A DNA stretch of 32,000 nucleotides from contig NZ_OZ239769.1 of NCBI RefSeq assembly GCF_965196625.1, forward strand, positions 150,001 to 182,000. Direction: 5' to 3'. The notes beneath the pieces were generated by a model. That model ran no database searches. It saw only the letters and a list, made by a program, of their open reading frames with translations, and was not told the origin of the DNA. This DNA is from Candidatus Saccharimonadota bacterium (lineage in GTDB: Bacteria; Bacteroidota; Bacteroidia; Cytophagales; Amoebophilaceae). The position numbers were made by a program, and so were the translations under genes. Of the stretch, positions 9,408 through 19,277 are shown one piece after another; position 1 is the first letter of the stretch; each line of letters begins with the position of its first letter.

Positions 9408-9785
9408 TTACTTGGTAGCTTTCTTTTTATTTGCAATGGTTTTAGGCTTTCCTTTACGTGTCCTGGCATTGGTTTTGGTCCGCTGACCACGAACAGGTAA
9501 ACCCATTTGATGCCTATGGCCTCTATAACACTTAATCTCAACCAGTCGTTTAATATTTAAACGAATCTCTGATTTTAAGTCTCCTTCTATTTTATATACA
9601 CCACGAATGGCCATCCTGATGGCTTTTAACTCATCATCTGTCCAAGTGGATACACGACGATCTTTATCCATTTGAACCGCCTCAAGAATTTTATTTGCAG
9701 AACGCCTGCCAATCCCATATATATAGGTAAGCGCAATCTCGCCCCGCTTGTTATCTGGAATGTCTACACCTAATACCCTAGCCAT
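9408..9785 (-). CDS. rpsM: 30S ribosomal protein S13
   Basis: [14 protein letters not shown] start, 125 aa. Confidence 0.95.
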   Translation of the reverse strand: MARVLGVDIPDNKRGEIALTYIYGIGRRSANKILEAVQMDKDRRVSTWTDDELKAIRMAIRGVYKIEGDLKSEIRLNIKRLVEIKCYRGHRHQMGLPVRGQRTKTNARTRKGKPKTIANKKKATK

Positions 9786-9788
9786 ATT

Positions 9789-9905
9789 CTACCCTTGTCT
9801 TTGTTTAAATTTAGGCTGCTTCTTGTTGATCACATACAATACACCCTTTCGGCGTACTATCTTGCAATCAGCGCTCCTTTTTCTAACAGATGTCTTAACT
9901 TTCAT
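9789..9905 (-). CDS. rpmJ: 50S ribosomal protein L36
   Basis: Not in the ORF track because it is under 60 aa. Manual translation gives [38 protein letters not shown] followed by a stop, 38 aa, between infA and rpsM. Confidence 0.9.
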   Translation of the reverse strand: MKVKTSVRKRSADCKIVRRKGVLYVINKKQPKFKQRQG

Positions 9906-9916
9906 AATGAACCTAA

Positions 9917-10144
9917 CTATTCAGTTGTTTTATATCTGTGCACTATCCTAGCTTGCGTTAAATCATAAGGGGTTAATTCCATCCTAACCGAATCACCGGG
10001 AAGAATCCTAATATAGTTTTTACGCATCTTCCCAGAAATATGGGCCCTAACGATATGGCCATTTTTAAGGGCAACCTTGAATACTGCATTTGGTAATGCT
10101 TCTTGTACTATTCCACCTTGCTCAATAGGAGGTATCTTAGCCAT
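9917..10144 (-). CDS. infA: Translation initiation factor IF-1
   Basis: 75 aa with an S1-like fold signature: [41 protein letters not shown]. Confidence 0.93.
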   Translation of the reverse strand: MAKIPPIEQGGIVQEALPNAVFKVALKNGHIVRAHISGKMRKNYIRILPGDSVRMELTPYDLTQARIVHRYKTTE

Positions 10145-10228
10145 ATTAATTTTATCTAATCCTACTTTATTTCACTTTGCTTGATCTATCTTGTATACGC
10201 TTTACTTTAACTAGCAGCTACATGATAA

Positions 10229-10254
10229 TAAAAAACAAAGGCCCGTTCGGGGCT
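10229..10254 (-). terminator. Possible intrinsic terminator after secY
   Basis: The minus strand reads AGCCCCGAACGGGCC followed by TTTGTTTTTTATT. This is a short GC stem plus a T-run inside the 198-bp secY-infA gap. Confidence 0.4.
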
Positions 10255-10342
10255 AATATACTAAATTTATTGCGAATACGAGCAGATTTCTTTCGAAACA
10301 AAATTCAAAAAAAATCTGGTATTTGCTATTTCACTAAAAAAA

Positions 10343-11635
10343 TTACTGCACCCTAGCTCCTTTGTTAATAATGAGTTCATATCGACGCATCAACAAATAA
10401 CTTTCAATTTGCTGAAGGGTTTCTAACATGGAACTGACCATAATCAACAAGGAAGTTCCTCCGTAAAATCTGGAAAACTGTAGACTTAAACCAGCCATAC
10501 AAGCGAAAGCAGGCAGCACAGCAATAATGGCTAAGAAAACAGCACCTGGCAGGGTTATCCTATCCAAGACACCATCTAAAAAACGGGCGGTTGCATTGCC
10601 AGAGGTAACACCAGGAATAAAACTACCCGAACGCTTCATATCTTCTGCTATTTGCACAGGGTTAACGGTAATAGCGGTATAAAAAAATGTAAAAACAATA
10701 ATGAAAAAAGCAAATAAAAGGTTAAACAACCAACTGGTAATATCTTGTAACATACCACTGATTTGGGCCAACCAAATAAACTTCTCTTTCCAAAGACCTA
10801 GCAAAAATGAAATGGCCACAATCAAAAGGTTAGCAAATATAATGGGCATCACACCTGCACTATTGAGCTTAAAAGGTATATATTGACGCTGCCCTCCATA
10901 TATTGTACTGGTACTTAATTGCTTTGCATATTGAATAGGCACTCTACGGGTGGCTTGTGTAAAGGCTACTAGGGTAAGAACAATTAAAAACAATACAAAT
11001 AACTCGAATACAAATAAAAACATAGACCTACTGCCCCGGTGCACGGCTTCTTGGTATAAAGCAGAAGGGAAAGAAGATACAATACCTACCATCATCAACA
11101 TGGTCACACCATTTCCAATGCCTTTATCTGTAATTTTTTCACCCAACCACATGCAAAATAGGGCGCCTGCGGTTAAAATAACAATGGAAATAAAAATAAA
11201 AAAAGTGCGACTTATGGAAACGTTTCCACTTCCTGTAGCAATAAATAAATATTGAAAGGATTGAAATATAGCAATAAAAATAGTAAGGATGCGAGAGATT
11301 TGGGCAATTTTTCGTTTGCCCATCTCTCCTTCACGCTGTATTTTCTGAATTTTTGGCCAAGCAATGGACAAAAGCTGCATAATAATAGAGGCGGAAATAT
11401 AAGGGGTAACACCGACTGAAAAAACAGAAACTTGGCTAAGGGAACCACCTAAAAAACTGTCCAGCAAGCCAAAGACGCGTTTTGCATTACCAGAAATTTG
11501 GGTTACGTCTATGCCAGGCAAAACAATAATACTACCTATGCGGAAAATGGCCAAAAAGAACAAGGTATTTCTGATGCGAATGCGCAACTCTTTTATCAGA
11601 AATATATCCTTAATAACTTTAAATAACTTATTCAT
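10343..11635 (-). CDS. secY: Preprotein translocase subunit SecY
   Basis: Polytopic membrane protein in the canonical position after rplO. The start is placed at the internal ATG (MNKLFKVIKDIF...) because the tracked 26-codon extension overlaps rplO. Confidence 0.92.
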   Translation of the reverse strand: MNKLFKVIKDIFLIKELRIRIRNTLFFLAIFRIGSIIVLPGIDVTQISGNAKRVFGLLDSFLGGSLSQVSVFSVGVTPYISASIIMQLLSIAWPKIQKIQREGEMGKRKIAQISRILTIFIAIFQSFQYLFIATGSGNVSISRTFFIFISIVILTAGALFCMWLGEKITDKGIGNGVTMLMMVGIVSSFPSALYQEAVHRGSRSMFLFVFELFVLFLIVLTLVAFTQATRRVPIQYAKQLSTSTIYGGQRQYIPFKLNSAGVMPIIFANLLIVAISFLLGLWKEKFIWLAQISGMLQDITSWLFNLLFAFFIIVFTFFYTAITVNPVQIAEDMKRSGSFIPGVTSGNATARFLDGVLDRITLPGAVFLAIIAVLPAFACMAGLSLQFSRFYGGTSLLIMVSSMLETLQQIESYLLMRRYELIINKGARVQ

Positions 11636-12092
11636 ATATAGGCAATATAGTAACTTCTCCGCCAAGGTCTTGAATGGCTTGCAAAGCCGTTGCTGAACAA
11701 CGATGGGCAGCAACAGAAAGTTTAAGGGTTAATGACCCACCGCCTAATAGCTTGTATTTCTCATACTTACCGATTACGCTATGCTTTCTCAAAAAAAGAT
11801 GATCTATAGAAGATACCTGATACTTCTCGGCCAATGCTTGTAAAGTAGAAAGGTTTAAAGCGGTAAACTCGATGCGACTAGGACATTTAAATCCATACAT
11901 AGGAATACGCCTTTGTAAGGGTTGCTGCCCGCCTTCAAAACCAATTTTTCTTTTATAACCAGACCTAGACTGGGCACCATTGTAACCACGGGTAGCGGTT
12001 CCACCTTTACCAGAACCTTGACCTCTACCTACACGCTTTTTATGCTTTAAAGCGCCTATTGCTGGTTTAAGTGTATGTAATTCCATAAGCAA
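11628..12092 (-). CDS. rplO: 50S ribosomal protein L15
   Basis: LKPAIGALKHKKRVGRGQGSGKGGTATRG. The true start may be the third codon, at 12086. Confidence 0.93.
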   Translation of the reverse strand: MLMELHTLKPAIGALKHKKRVGRGQGSGKGGTATRGYNGAQSRSGYKRKIGFEGGQQPLQRRIPMYGFKCPSRIEFTALNLSTLQALAEKYQVSSIDHLFLRKHSVIGKYEKYKLLGGGSLTLKLSVAAHRCSATALQAIQDLGGEVTILPIYE

Positions 12093-12272
12093 TTATATCT
12101 TTTCTGTAACCACTAAATGGTTGATTTTTGCTACCATACCCAATATTTGAGGAGTAGCTTCAACCACAACACGCTTATTGATGCGGCCCAATCCAAGTGC
12201 TTTAATGGTAGCCTTTTGGGATTTAGGGCGTTTTATTAAACTACGCACCTGGGTAATTTTAATTTGTTCCAT
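12093..12272 (-). CDS. rpmD: 50S ribosomal protein L30
   Basis: MEQIKITQVRSLIKRPKSQKATIKALGLG, 59 aa from the ATG at 12272. The tracked start at 12287 would overlap rpsE. Confidence 0.9.
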   Translation of the reverse strand: MEQIKITQVRSLIKRPKSQKATIKALGLGRINKRVVVEATPQILGMVAKINHLVVTEKI

Positions 12273-12279
12273 AACAACC

Positions 12280-12795
12280 TTATCCATTAAAGACTTTATC
12301 TAACGAGATGCCACGCTGCTTGGCAATGGTGAATGGATCACGCAATTGCAACAATGCCTTAAAGGTAGCCTTGACCACATTGTGTGGATTAGAAGAACCT
12401 TGAGATTTAGACAAAACATTTTTCACACCAACACTTTCTAAAACAATGCGGACACCACCACCGGCAATTACACCGGTACCAGAGGCTGCTGGCTCAATCA
12501 ATACGTGCCCACCACCATACTTACCAACTGCACCATGCGGAATAGTGTCACGTAAAATAGGTACTTTGATAAGGTTACGCTTGGCCTCTTCTACCCCTTT
12601 CGCAATCGCATCTGTTAACTCTTTTGCTTTGCCAAGACCATACCCTACCACACCATCACCATTTCCAACAACTACAACCGCAGAAGAACTGAATCTGCGG
12701 CCGCCTTCGACTACTTTGGTAACACGCTTGATGGCTACTACCCGCTCTTCAAGGTTATAGTCACTGGCTTTGAGTTTTCTACCACGTAATATCAT
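12280..12795 (-). CDS. rpsE: 30S ribosomal protein S5
   Basis: [41 protein letters not shown]. Confidence 0.95.
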   Translation of the reverse strand: MILRGRKLKASDYNLEERVVAIKRVTKVVEGGRRFSSSAVVVVGNGDGVVGYGLGKAKELTDAIAKGVEEAKRNLIKVPILRDTIPHGAVGKYGGGHVLIEPAASGTGVIAGGGVRIVLESVGVKNVLSKSQGSSNPHNVVKATFKALLQLRDPFTIAKQRGISLDKVFNG

Positions 12796-12800
12796 ATGAA

Positions 12801-13154
12801 CTAAAATTTAAGACCTTTTGCGCGCGCACCCTCAGCCAATGCTTTCACCTTGCCATGGTAAATATAACCAGAACGATCAAATACAATGGTGGTAATGCCC
12901 TTAGCTAGTGCTTGCTCAGCAATAGCTTCTCCTAACGCCAATGCGCCAGCAACATTATTTTTACCAATCTTTAACTTATACAGAGAAGAAGCAAGCAATG
13001 TTTCTCCCTTGTCATCATTAATAAGCTGTGCATACATAGAAGTGTTGCTCTTAAAAAGAGAGAGCCGTGGCTGCGCCAACGTTCCATGCACACGCTTTCT
13101 AATTTTTCTTCTAACCTTAACCCTCCTTTCTACTTTTTTATCCTTTACTTTCAT
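12801..13154 (-). CDS. rplR: 50S ribosomal protein L18
   Basis: 117 aa with [29 protein letters not shown]. Confidence 0.95.
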   Translation of the reverse strand: MKVKDKKVERRVKVRRKIRKRVHGTLAQPRLSLFKSNTSMYAQLINDDKGETLLASSLYKLKIGKNNVAGALALGEAIAEQALAKGITTIVFDRSGYIYHGKVKALAEGARAKGLKF

Positions 13155-13210
13155 TTTGTTTTACTATATAGGGATACCAAATCGTTCAAAATATATATTT
13201 AGAGCTTTTC

Positions 13211-13335
13211 TTGAAACCTATTTGTCGATGCGCAATTTTTAAGAGAAGCGTAGTCGAGCACCACAGCATACTAAATGTATTTGAGGAGCATAGACAAGCT
13301 TCGACACCAAAATGGCGATTAGAAATAGGTTTCAA
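13211..13335. repeat. Palindromic ~125-bp element (MITE-like or structured RNA) in the rplF-rplR spacer
   Basis: Perfect 13-bp terminal inverted repeats: TTGAAACCTATTT (13211-13223) and AAATAGGTTTCAA (13323-13335). Additional internal complementarity includes GTCGAAGC with GCTCGAC. Confidence 0.5.
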
Positions 13336-13337
13336 AT

Positions 13338-13889
13338 CTACTTCTTAGTAGATTTACCCACCTTGCGCCGCACTTGCTCACCTAAGAATCGAACACCTTT
13401 GCCCTTATAAGGCTCAACTTTTCTCAAAGAACGAATTTTAGCAGCTACTTGACCAAGCAACTGCTTATCGATGCATGCTAAATGCACCAACGAACTCTTT
13501 CCTTTAGGCAATTCAGTCGAAGCAGTTACTTCTTCTGGCAAGACCAAAACGATATCATGAGAATACCCTAAACTTAACTCCAACAAGTTGCCTTGCACAT
13601 TGGCTTTGTAACCAACCCCAACCAACTCTAAAGTGGACTTAAACCCAACGCTAACGCCTACAACCATATTTTGAATCAAAGCCCTGTAAAGGCCATAAAG
13701 GGCCTTAGACTTTTGAGGATCAGCGGGGATGACCTTAACCAATCCTTCGGAAACTTCAACCATAATGGTTGGATCAACTTGCTGCCGCAACACGCCTTTA
13801 GCACCTTCAACCTGTACAATCCCACCATCCATTGTGGATACCACAACGCCTGGCGGCAGATTAATGGGTTGCTTCCCTATTCTTGACAT
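13338..13889 (-). CDS. rplF: 50S ribosomal protein L6
   Basis: MSRIGKQPINLPPGV start, 183 aa. Confidence 0.95.
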   Translation of the reverse strand: MSRIGKQPINLPPGVVVSTMDGGIVQVEGAKGVLRQQVDPTIMVEVSEGLVKVIPADPQKSKALYGLYRALIQNMVVGVSVGFKSTLELVGVGYKANVQGNLLELSLGYSHDIVLVLPEEVTASTELPKGKSSLVHLACIDKQLLGQVAAKIRSLRKVEPYKGKGVRFLGEQVRRKVGKSTKK

Positions 13890-13901
13890 TTTTCCTAATA
13901 T

Positions 13902-14306
13902 TTAGTAAACATAACAAAGTACTTCACCACCAACATGGACTTTTCGGGCTTCTTTATCGGTCATAATACCCTTAGAAGTAGACAGTATGGCTATACCCAA
14001 TCCATTGATGACGCTGGGCATAGCCGCAACGGTGGCATATTTACGCAAGCCTGGCTTGCTTACACGTTTCAACTTTACAATAGCTGATTGCTTTGTAAAA
14101 ACATCATACTTGAGTGCAATTTTAATAATGGGCTGGACGCTATTTGGCTTAGAGACCACCTTATATCCACGAATATACCCTTTTTCTTGCAATACCTCGG
14201 TAAGCTTCGCTTTTGTTTTTGAAGCAGGCACTTCTACAACGCTATGTTTGGCATTAATAGCATTTCTGATCCTAGTAAGATAATCAGCTATTGGATCTGT
14301 TGTCAT
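13902..14306 (-). CDS. rpsH: 30S ribosomal protein S8
   Basis: MTTDPIADYLTRIRNA is a canonical S8 start at the ATG at 14306. The tracked 32-codon extension overlaps rpsN. Confidence 0.93.
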   Translation of the reverse strand: MTTDPIADYLTRIRNAINAKHSVVEVPASKTKAKLTEVLQEKGYIRGYKVVSKPNSVQPIIKIALKYDVFTKQSAIVKLKRVSKPGLRKYATVAAMPSVINGLGIAILSTSKGIMTDKEARKVHVGGEVLCYVY

Positions 14307-14353
14307 AGTAACGATAAGATTAACATAATAATAAAAACAGGATAGCCAGATGA

Positions 14354-14623
14354 CTACCAACTTGCTTTCCGTATACCTGGTAGCTTGCCCTCTAAAGCCC
14401 ATTTTCTAAAAACGAGTCGGGAGACACCAAATTTTCTAATATACCCACGGGCCCTACCCGTCATGCTACACCTGTTGCGCAATCTAACCGGAGAGGCATT
14501 TTTAGGCAGCTTATCAAGTGCCATATAATCACCTTGCTTCTTTAACGAAGCCCTTTTGGCAGCATATTTGGCGACCAAGTTTCTTCTTTTTCTATCTCTT
14601 GCTTTGACTGATTCTCTTGCCAT
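14354..14623 (-). CDS. rpsN: 30S ribosomal protein S14 (long form, no zinc-type Cys motif)
   Basis: 89 aa ending in [42 protein letters not shown]. Confidence 0.93.
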   Translation of the reverse strand: MARESVKARDRKRRNLVAKYAAKRASLKKQGDYMALDKLPKNASPVRLRNRCSMTGRARGYIRKFGVSRLVFRKWALEGKLPGIRKASW

Positions 14624-14634
14624 AACCTTTTAAA

Positions 14635-15189
14635 TTAATCTTGCGCTACGTTAAAGGGCATTCCTAAAGCTTTCAAGAGCTGAAACGCGGCTTTATTATT
14701 CCCAGCAGTTGTTACAAAAGTTATATTCATACCATTGATTTTCAGTACTTTATCAATGCTAATTTCTGGAAATATAATTTGTTCTTGCACCCCTACATTA
14801 TAGTTACCCTTTCCATCAAAGCCAGTGGTTTTTAACCCCCAAAAGTTTCTAATTCTAGGCAATGCAATAGATATAAAACGGTCCAAAAACTCATACATCA
14901 GTCGCCCACGTAAAGTAACTTTTACACCAATAGGCATACCGACTCTAAGCTTAAAGTTAGAAACTGATTTTTTGGCACGGGTAGGTACCGCACACTGTCC
15001 AGCAATAGCGGTCAATTCTTCTAATCCAAGTTGGATGAGCTTTTTATTGGATACGCCATCACCTAACCCTTGGTTGATACAGATTTTATGTAGTCTAGGG
15101 ACTTGCATAGCAGACTTATACCCAAATAGACTCTTAAGGGCAGGAATTACTTCTGCAAAATATTTTTCTTGTAATCTAGGCTTAAACAT
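14635..15189 (-). CDS. rplE: 50S ribosomal protein L5
   Basis: 184 aa with [38 protein letters not shown]. Confidence 0.95.
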   Translation of the reverse strand: MFKPRLQEKYFAEVIPALKSLFGYKSAMQVPRLHKICINQGLGDGVSNKKLIQLGLEELTAIAGQCAVPTRAKKSVSNFKLRVGMPIGVKVTLRGRLMYEFLDRFISIALPRIRNFWGLKTTGFDGKGNYNVGVQEQIIFPEISIDKVLKINGMNITFVTTAGNNKAAFQLLKALGMPFNVAQD

Positions 15190-15529
15190 TGTTTATAAAA
15201 TTTCCTGTTTTTTTAGCATACCGCTGCAGCCTACCGGCTTCATTGTGCTTTCTGCCCACACGAGTAGGCTGTCCACTTACTGGGTCAAGTAACATGAGAT
15301 TGCTAATATGGATAGGCGATGGCTGCTTCTGAATGGCCCCTTTAGGGTTTTCAGTAGAAGGCTTTAAATGTCTGGATACCATATTGATACCCTCAACAAT
15401 TGCACGATATGTTTTGGGAAATACCTTTAAAACAATGCCTGCTTCATTTTTATGTTTGCCTGCCAAAATTATTACACGATCTCCTGTTCGAACGTGAATC
15501 TTAAGATTCTGTTGTATTGTTTTCTTCAT
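15182..15529 (-). CDS. rplX: 50S ribosomal protein L24
   Basis: KOW motif: [25 protein letters not shown]. Confidence 0.93.
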   Translation of the reverse strand: MKKTIQQNLKIHVRTGDRVIILAGKHKNEAGIVLKVFPKTYRAIVEGINMVSRHLKPSTENPKGAIQKQPSPIHISNLMLLDPVSGQPTRVGRKHNEAGRLQRYAKKTGNFINNV

Positions 15530-15532
15530 GCT

Positions 15533-15901
15533 TTATAGTACTTCATCAGCTAAAGAAGCGATTTTCATAAATTTCTTATCTCGAACTTCTCGAGCAACTG
15601 GCCCAAAAACACCTGTCCCTTTGGGCTCATTGTTGTTTTCAATTAAAACAATAGCATTGTCTTCAAAGCGAATATAAGAACCATCTTTTCGTCTTACTTC
15701 CTTTCGGGTACGAACGACTACGGCTTTAGAAATGGTGCCCTTTTTAAGTGTACTAGAAGGGTTAGCCGTCTTTACGGTTACTACAATTTTATCGCCAACG
15801 TGGGCATACCGCCTACGTGTTCCGCCCAAAACGCGAATGCAAAGGGCAGTCTTTGCGCCACTGTTATCGGCTACTTTTAGTATTGATTCCTGTTGTATCA
15901 T
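15533..15901 (-). CDS. rplN: 50S ribosomal protein L14
   Basis: [17 protein letters not shown] start, 122 aa. Confidence 0.96.
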   Translation of the reverse strand: MIQQESILKVADNSGAKTALCIRVLGGTRRRYAHVGDKIVVTVKTANPSSTLKKGTISKAVVVRTRKEVRRKDGSYIRFEDNAIVLIENNNEPKGTGVFGPVAREVRDKKFMKIASLADEVL

Positions 15902-15903
15902 CT

Positions 15904-16158
15904 TTATTTAGCTCTTTCTATGATTTCAACCAGCCTCCATCGCTTCTTTTTACTTAAAGGACGTGTTTCCATAATTCTTACTAGATCACCAATGCTACAA
16001 GTATTCTCTTCGTCATGCGCCATAAACTTAGTGGCTGTTTTGACAAACTTACCATATACCAGGTGTATGGATTTGGTATCCATTACAACGGTTATGGTCT
16101 TGTACGCTTTATTACTGGTGACCCTTCCTATCTTTTCTTTTCTTCTATTTCTCAGCAT
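15904..16158 (-). CDS. rpsQ: 30S ribosomal protein S17
   Basis: 84 aa with [18 protein letters not shown] and YMAHDE-like [26 protein letters not shown]. Confidence 0.93.
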   Translation of the reverse strand: MLRNRRKEKIGRVTSNKAYKTITVVMDTKSIHLVYGKFVKTATKFMAHDEENTCSIGDLVRIMETRPLSKKKRWRLVEIIERAK

Positions 16159-16393
16159 GGTGATTACAATTCTGATGGTGCTTGAGGCAACTATTCTGAG
16201 CTGTTTTTAGTCTTGCAATAGATTTTCTTGTTTCCCTAATTTTTATAGGGTTCTCAATGGGAGAAACCGCATGGGCAAACCTTAACTTTACTAAATAATC
16301 CAACGCTTCGTTTAACTTATCGCTGCATTCTTGAGAAGAAAGCAACTGAATGTCTTTATACTTCACAACCTTAAATTTTATACAACCTACCAA
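16145..16393 (-). CDS. rpmC: 50S ribosomal protein L29
   Basis: [33 protein letters not shown]. The tracked start is TTG at 16393. A GTG at 16366 (reading MKYKDIQ) fits the family's length better. The C-terminus overlaps rpsQ by 14 nt. Confidence 0.85.
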   Translation of the reverse strand: MVGCIKFKVVKYKDIQLLSSQECSDKLNEALDYLVKLRFAHAVSPIENPIKIRETRKSIARLKTAQNSCLKHHQNCNHHAEK

Positions 16394-16396
16394 ACC

Positions 16397-16822
16397 TTAT
16401 GCGGCTGGACAATAATCTCTTCGAACTACGAAATTTGCTTTAATAGGTAGTTTATGAATGGCAAGACGCATGGCACGCTCTGCTACTTCCCTAGAAACAC
16501 CATCTAACTCAAAAAGAATTCTACCAGGTTTCACAACCGCTACAAAAGAATCCGGAGCACCTTTACCTTTACCCATTCTTACCTCAGCTGGCTTTTTCGT
16601 TAGGGACTTGTCTGGAAAGATTCTATTCCAAACCTGCCCTTGCCGCTTCATCTCTCTTGTAATCGCAATACGCATCGCTTCAATTTGCCGAGCAGTAATA
16701 TAGGAAGGTTCTAATGCCTTCAGCCCAAAGGTACCAAATTCTAATGAATTTCCCTTCATAGATAAGCCTTTTATTCTTCCTTTCTGCGTTTTTCTGTACC
16801 GTACTCTTTTTGGTTGTAACAT
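16397..16822 (-). CDS. rplP: 50S ribosomal protein L16
   Basis: [19 protein letters not shown] start, 141 aa. Confidence 0.96.
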   Translation of the reverse strand: MLQPKRVRYRKTQKGRIKGLSMKGNSLEFGTFGLKALEPSYITARQIEAMRIAITREMKRQGQVWNRIFPDKSLTKKPAEVRMGKGKGAPDSFVAVVKPGRILFELDGVSREVAERAMRLAIHKLPIKANFVVRRDYCPAA

Positions 16823-16986
16823 CTTAGTTATTCAATGCAAAAATTAATATCGTTAGCCTTCTTTTGAAACGCTAATTTCTGCCGGTAATTTGCACATCAA
16901 TCCGGTGCTTAAATCCTCACGTACATCTAGTACGCTGCGGTTTTGCGCGCCATGTCTCCTACAAATTCCTCAGCACAAGTGAATTT

Positions 16987-17012
16987 CAAAAAAAGGCCAT
17001 TGTAATGGGCCT
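16987..17012 (-). terminator. Canonical intrinsic-terminator-like hairpin plus T7 run directly after the rpsC stop
   Basis: The minus strand reads AGGCCCAT-TACA-ATGGCCT (7 bp with one bulged C) followed by TTTTTTT. It starts 5 nt after the rpsC stop codon (17017-17019). Confidence 0.55.
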
Positions 17013-17016
17013 CTAG

Positions 17017-17721
17017 CTATTTGCGCGCTCTGGAAGGCGCACTACCCCTCTCCCCTATCCTACTTACTTTACCTGTTGAGCGTTGTACATGATGAACCGC
17101 CACATCTCCCCTAGAAATCCAAACTTTAATACCTATTCTGCCATAAATGGTATGGGCTTCAACAGAAGTATAATCTATATCGTTACGAAGCGTATGGAGT
17201 GGAACAGAGCCTTCTTTAAATTCGTCTGATCTAGCCATTTCAGCACCATCTAATCTTCCAGAAACCTTCACCTTAACGCCTTGGGCACCGGACCGGATGA
17301 CTGCAGCTACAGATTGCTTGACTACACGCTTATAAGGCATACGCCCTCTAATCTGCTGTGCAATTTGCAAGGCAACCAACCTAGCTTCTAAATCTGGTTT
17401 CTTTACCTCAACAATATTAAGTTCAACCTCTTTTTTAGTCAGCTTTTTTAACTCTTCTTTTACTTTATCGACTTCTGTACCTGACTTACCAATCACAATC
17501 CCTGGGCGAGCCGTTCGAATGGTAACGGTAATTTTTTTACCGGCACGCTCTATAAGCACGCTAGCAACGCTGGCTTTAGCCATTCGAGCCTCTAGATAGG
17601 TTCGAATTTTTTCATCTTCCATTAATTTCTCTGCATAGGAAGCCTTTGATGCAAACCAACTGGAATCTGGCTTTCGGATAAAGCCAACTCTAAAGCCGAC
17701 AGGATTAACTTTCTGACCCAT
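17017..17721 (-). CDS. rpsC: 30S ribosomal protein S3
   Basis: MGQKVNPVGFRVG start, KH domain, 234 aa. Confidence 0.96.
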   Translation of the reverse strand: MGQKVNPVGFRVGFIRKPDSSWFASKASYAEKLMEDEKIRTYLEARMAKASVASVLIERAGKKITVTIRTARPGIVIGKSGTEVDKVKEELKKLTKKEVELNIVEVKKPDLEARLVALQIAQQIRGRMPYKRVVKQSVAAVIRSGAQGVKVKVSGRLDGAEMARSDEFKEGSVPLHTLRNDIDYTSVEAHTIYGRIGIKVWISRGDVAVHHVQRSTGKVSRIGERGSAPSRARK

Positions 17722-17748
17722 TGTAGTATTATTTCGTCTATAGTATGG

Positions 17749-18135
17749 TTACGTTGTTGGATCTGAAACGACCTCATGTGGGAAATCAGCAAAATTTTCT
17801 GCACTATCTACCACAATCACAACATGACTAGATCTTTTTCTAATTCTATGCGCAACACCTCTTGGTGCGGGCATAATTCTTTTGAGCATACCTGCTCTAT
17901 CTACGGTTATGCTTTTTACAAAAATTGGCACCTCCTCCAAATCAGTGTCATTATTATTTTGCCAATTTGAAATAGCAGAAAGCAAGAGTTTTCTAAGATG
18001 AACAGCAGCCTGCTGCGGCTTACTCTCCAAAATAGCCAATGACCTCACTACGCTTCTGCCCCTAATCAACGCTGCTAAAAGTCCAATTTTACGCGCAGAT
18101 ATAGGTAGCTTTCTTAACTTTGCGATTGCCTCCAT
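17749..18135 (-). CDS. rplV: 50S ribosomal protein L22
   Basis: MEAIAKLRKLPISARKIGLLAALIRG, 128 aa. Confidence 0.94.
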   Translation of the reverse strand: MEAIAKLRKLPISARKIGLLAALIRGRSVVRSLAILESKPQQAAVHLRKLLLSAISNWQNNNDTDLEEVPIFVKSITVDRAGMLKRIMPAPRGVAHRIRKRSSHVVIVVDSAENFADFPHEVVSDPTT

Positions 18136-18143
18136 AGTTCAAA

Positions 18144-18410
18144 TTATCTTTTTTTAGACGTATGGCCTTTAAAATTTCTTGTTAAGGCAAACTCACCGAC
18201 CTTATGGCTTACCATTGATTCTGTAATAAAAACAGGAATAAACTTATGGCCATTGTGTACCGCAAGGGTATGGCCTACAAAATCTGGTGTAATGGTTGAC
18301 CGCCTAGACCAGGTTTTGACTACCGTTTTTTTACCGGATTGATTGAGCATATCTATCTTATGCTGTAGATGATGCGCCACATAGGGTCCTTTTTTTATAG
18401 ATCTACCCAT
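18144..18410 (-). CDS. rpsS: 30S ribosomal protein S19
   Basis: [15 protein letters not shown] and [27 protein letters not shown]. Confidence 0.96.
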   Translation of the reverse strand: MGRSIKKGPYVAHHLQHKIDMLNQSGKKTVVKTWSRRSTITPDFVGHTLAVHNGHKFIPVFITESMVSHKVGEFALTRNFKGHTSKKR

Positions 18411-19237
18411 TATTTTTTCTTTTTACTAATGATGAGTCTAGCAGAATATTTATTACGATTTCGGGTCTTTTTACCTTTTGTATACAACCCTTTGGCAGAC
18501 CTAGGATGGCCACCAGAAGCTTTGCCTTCTCCACCGCCCATTGGGTGATCAACAGGGTTCATCACAACCGCTCGGACACGTGGCCTTTTACCCATCCAAC
18601 GGCTTCTGCCTGCTTTAGCAATGGTTACATTATCATGATCACTGTTGGAAACAGATCCAATCGTAGCCATACAATAGGCCAAGACCAAACGCCTTTCACC
18701 AGAAGGCAACTTAATGGTCACATACTTGCCACTTTTAGAAAGCAGCTGCGCATAAGACCCGGCACTCCTAGCCAATGCAGCACCACGCCCAGGGGCTAGT
18801 TCAATATTATGGATAATGGTTCCGAGTGGAATATCTTTCATTTCCATAGCATTACCTAAATCTATGGAGGCATCTGAACCTGCTACAACCTTAGCTCCCA
18901 CCTTAATCCCTTCCGGTGCTATAATATAACTTTTTTCACCATCTACATAATGGAGCAAGGCTATGTATGCCGTACGCATGGGATCATACTCAATAGAACG
19001 TACAAATGCAGGAATGCCTATTTTCCTTCTTTTAAAATCAATAAGACGGGCACGCCGCTTATGGCCCCCTCCCCTATGCGGAACGGTAATTCTACCTCGA
19101 TTGTTTCGACCACCTGTGCGCTTGGTTTTCACTAAGAGCGACTTTTCTGGCTTACGCGTAGTAATCACAGTAGAAAAATCTGGCGCTATCCTAAAACGCT
19201 GACCGGGAGTGGTTGGATTAAGTTTCTTTAATGGCAT
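18410..19237 (-). CDS. rplB: 50S ribosomal protein L2
   Basis: 275 aa with [20 protein letters not shown] and [13 protein letters not shown]. Confidence 0.96.
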   Translation of the reverse strand: MPLKKLNPTTPGQRFRIAPDFSTVITTRKPEKSLLVKTKRTGGRNNRGRITVPHRGGGHKRRARLIDFKRRKIGIPAFVRSIEYDPMRTAYIALLHYVDGEKSYIIAPEGIKVGAKVVAGSDASIDLGNAMEMKDIPLGTIIHNIELAPGRGAALARSAGSYAQLLSKSGKYVTIKLPSGERRLVLAYCMATIGSVSNSDHDNVTIAKAGRSRWMGKRPRVRAVVMNPVDHPMGGGEGKASGGHPRSAKGLYTKGKKTRNRNKYSARLIISKKKK

Positions 19238-19277
19238 AACTAGATGAACTAACAGCTATAAAATTTAATGCAAAAGA

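Noticed and set aside
11636-11713. 26-codon N-terminal extension of secY in the ORF track.
   Set aside because: It overlaps the 3' end of rplO. The internal ATG at 11635 gives the usual SecY N-terminus (MNKLFKVIKDIF...).
12446-12760. Long plus-strand ORFs throughout the ribosomal operon (for example 12446-12760, 12886-13242, 14825-15292, 18506-18799, 20248-20682, 10950-11255).
   Set aside because: Each lies antisense to, or out of frame within, a confidently identified ribosomal or secY gene. Their products are low-complexity with no recognisable motifs. They are shadow ORFs.
14307-14402. 32-codon N-terminal extension of rpsH in the ORF track.
   Set aside because: It overlaps rpsN. The canonical S8 start MTTDPIADYLTRIRNA begins at the ATG at 14306.
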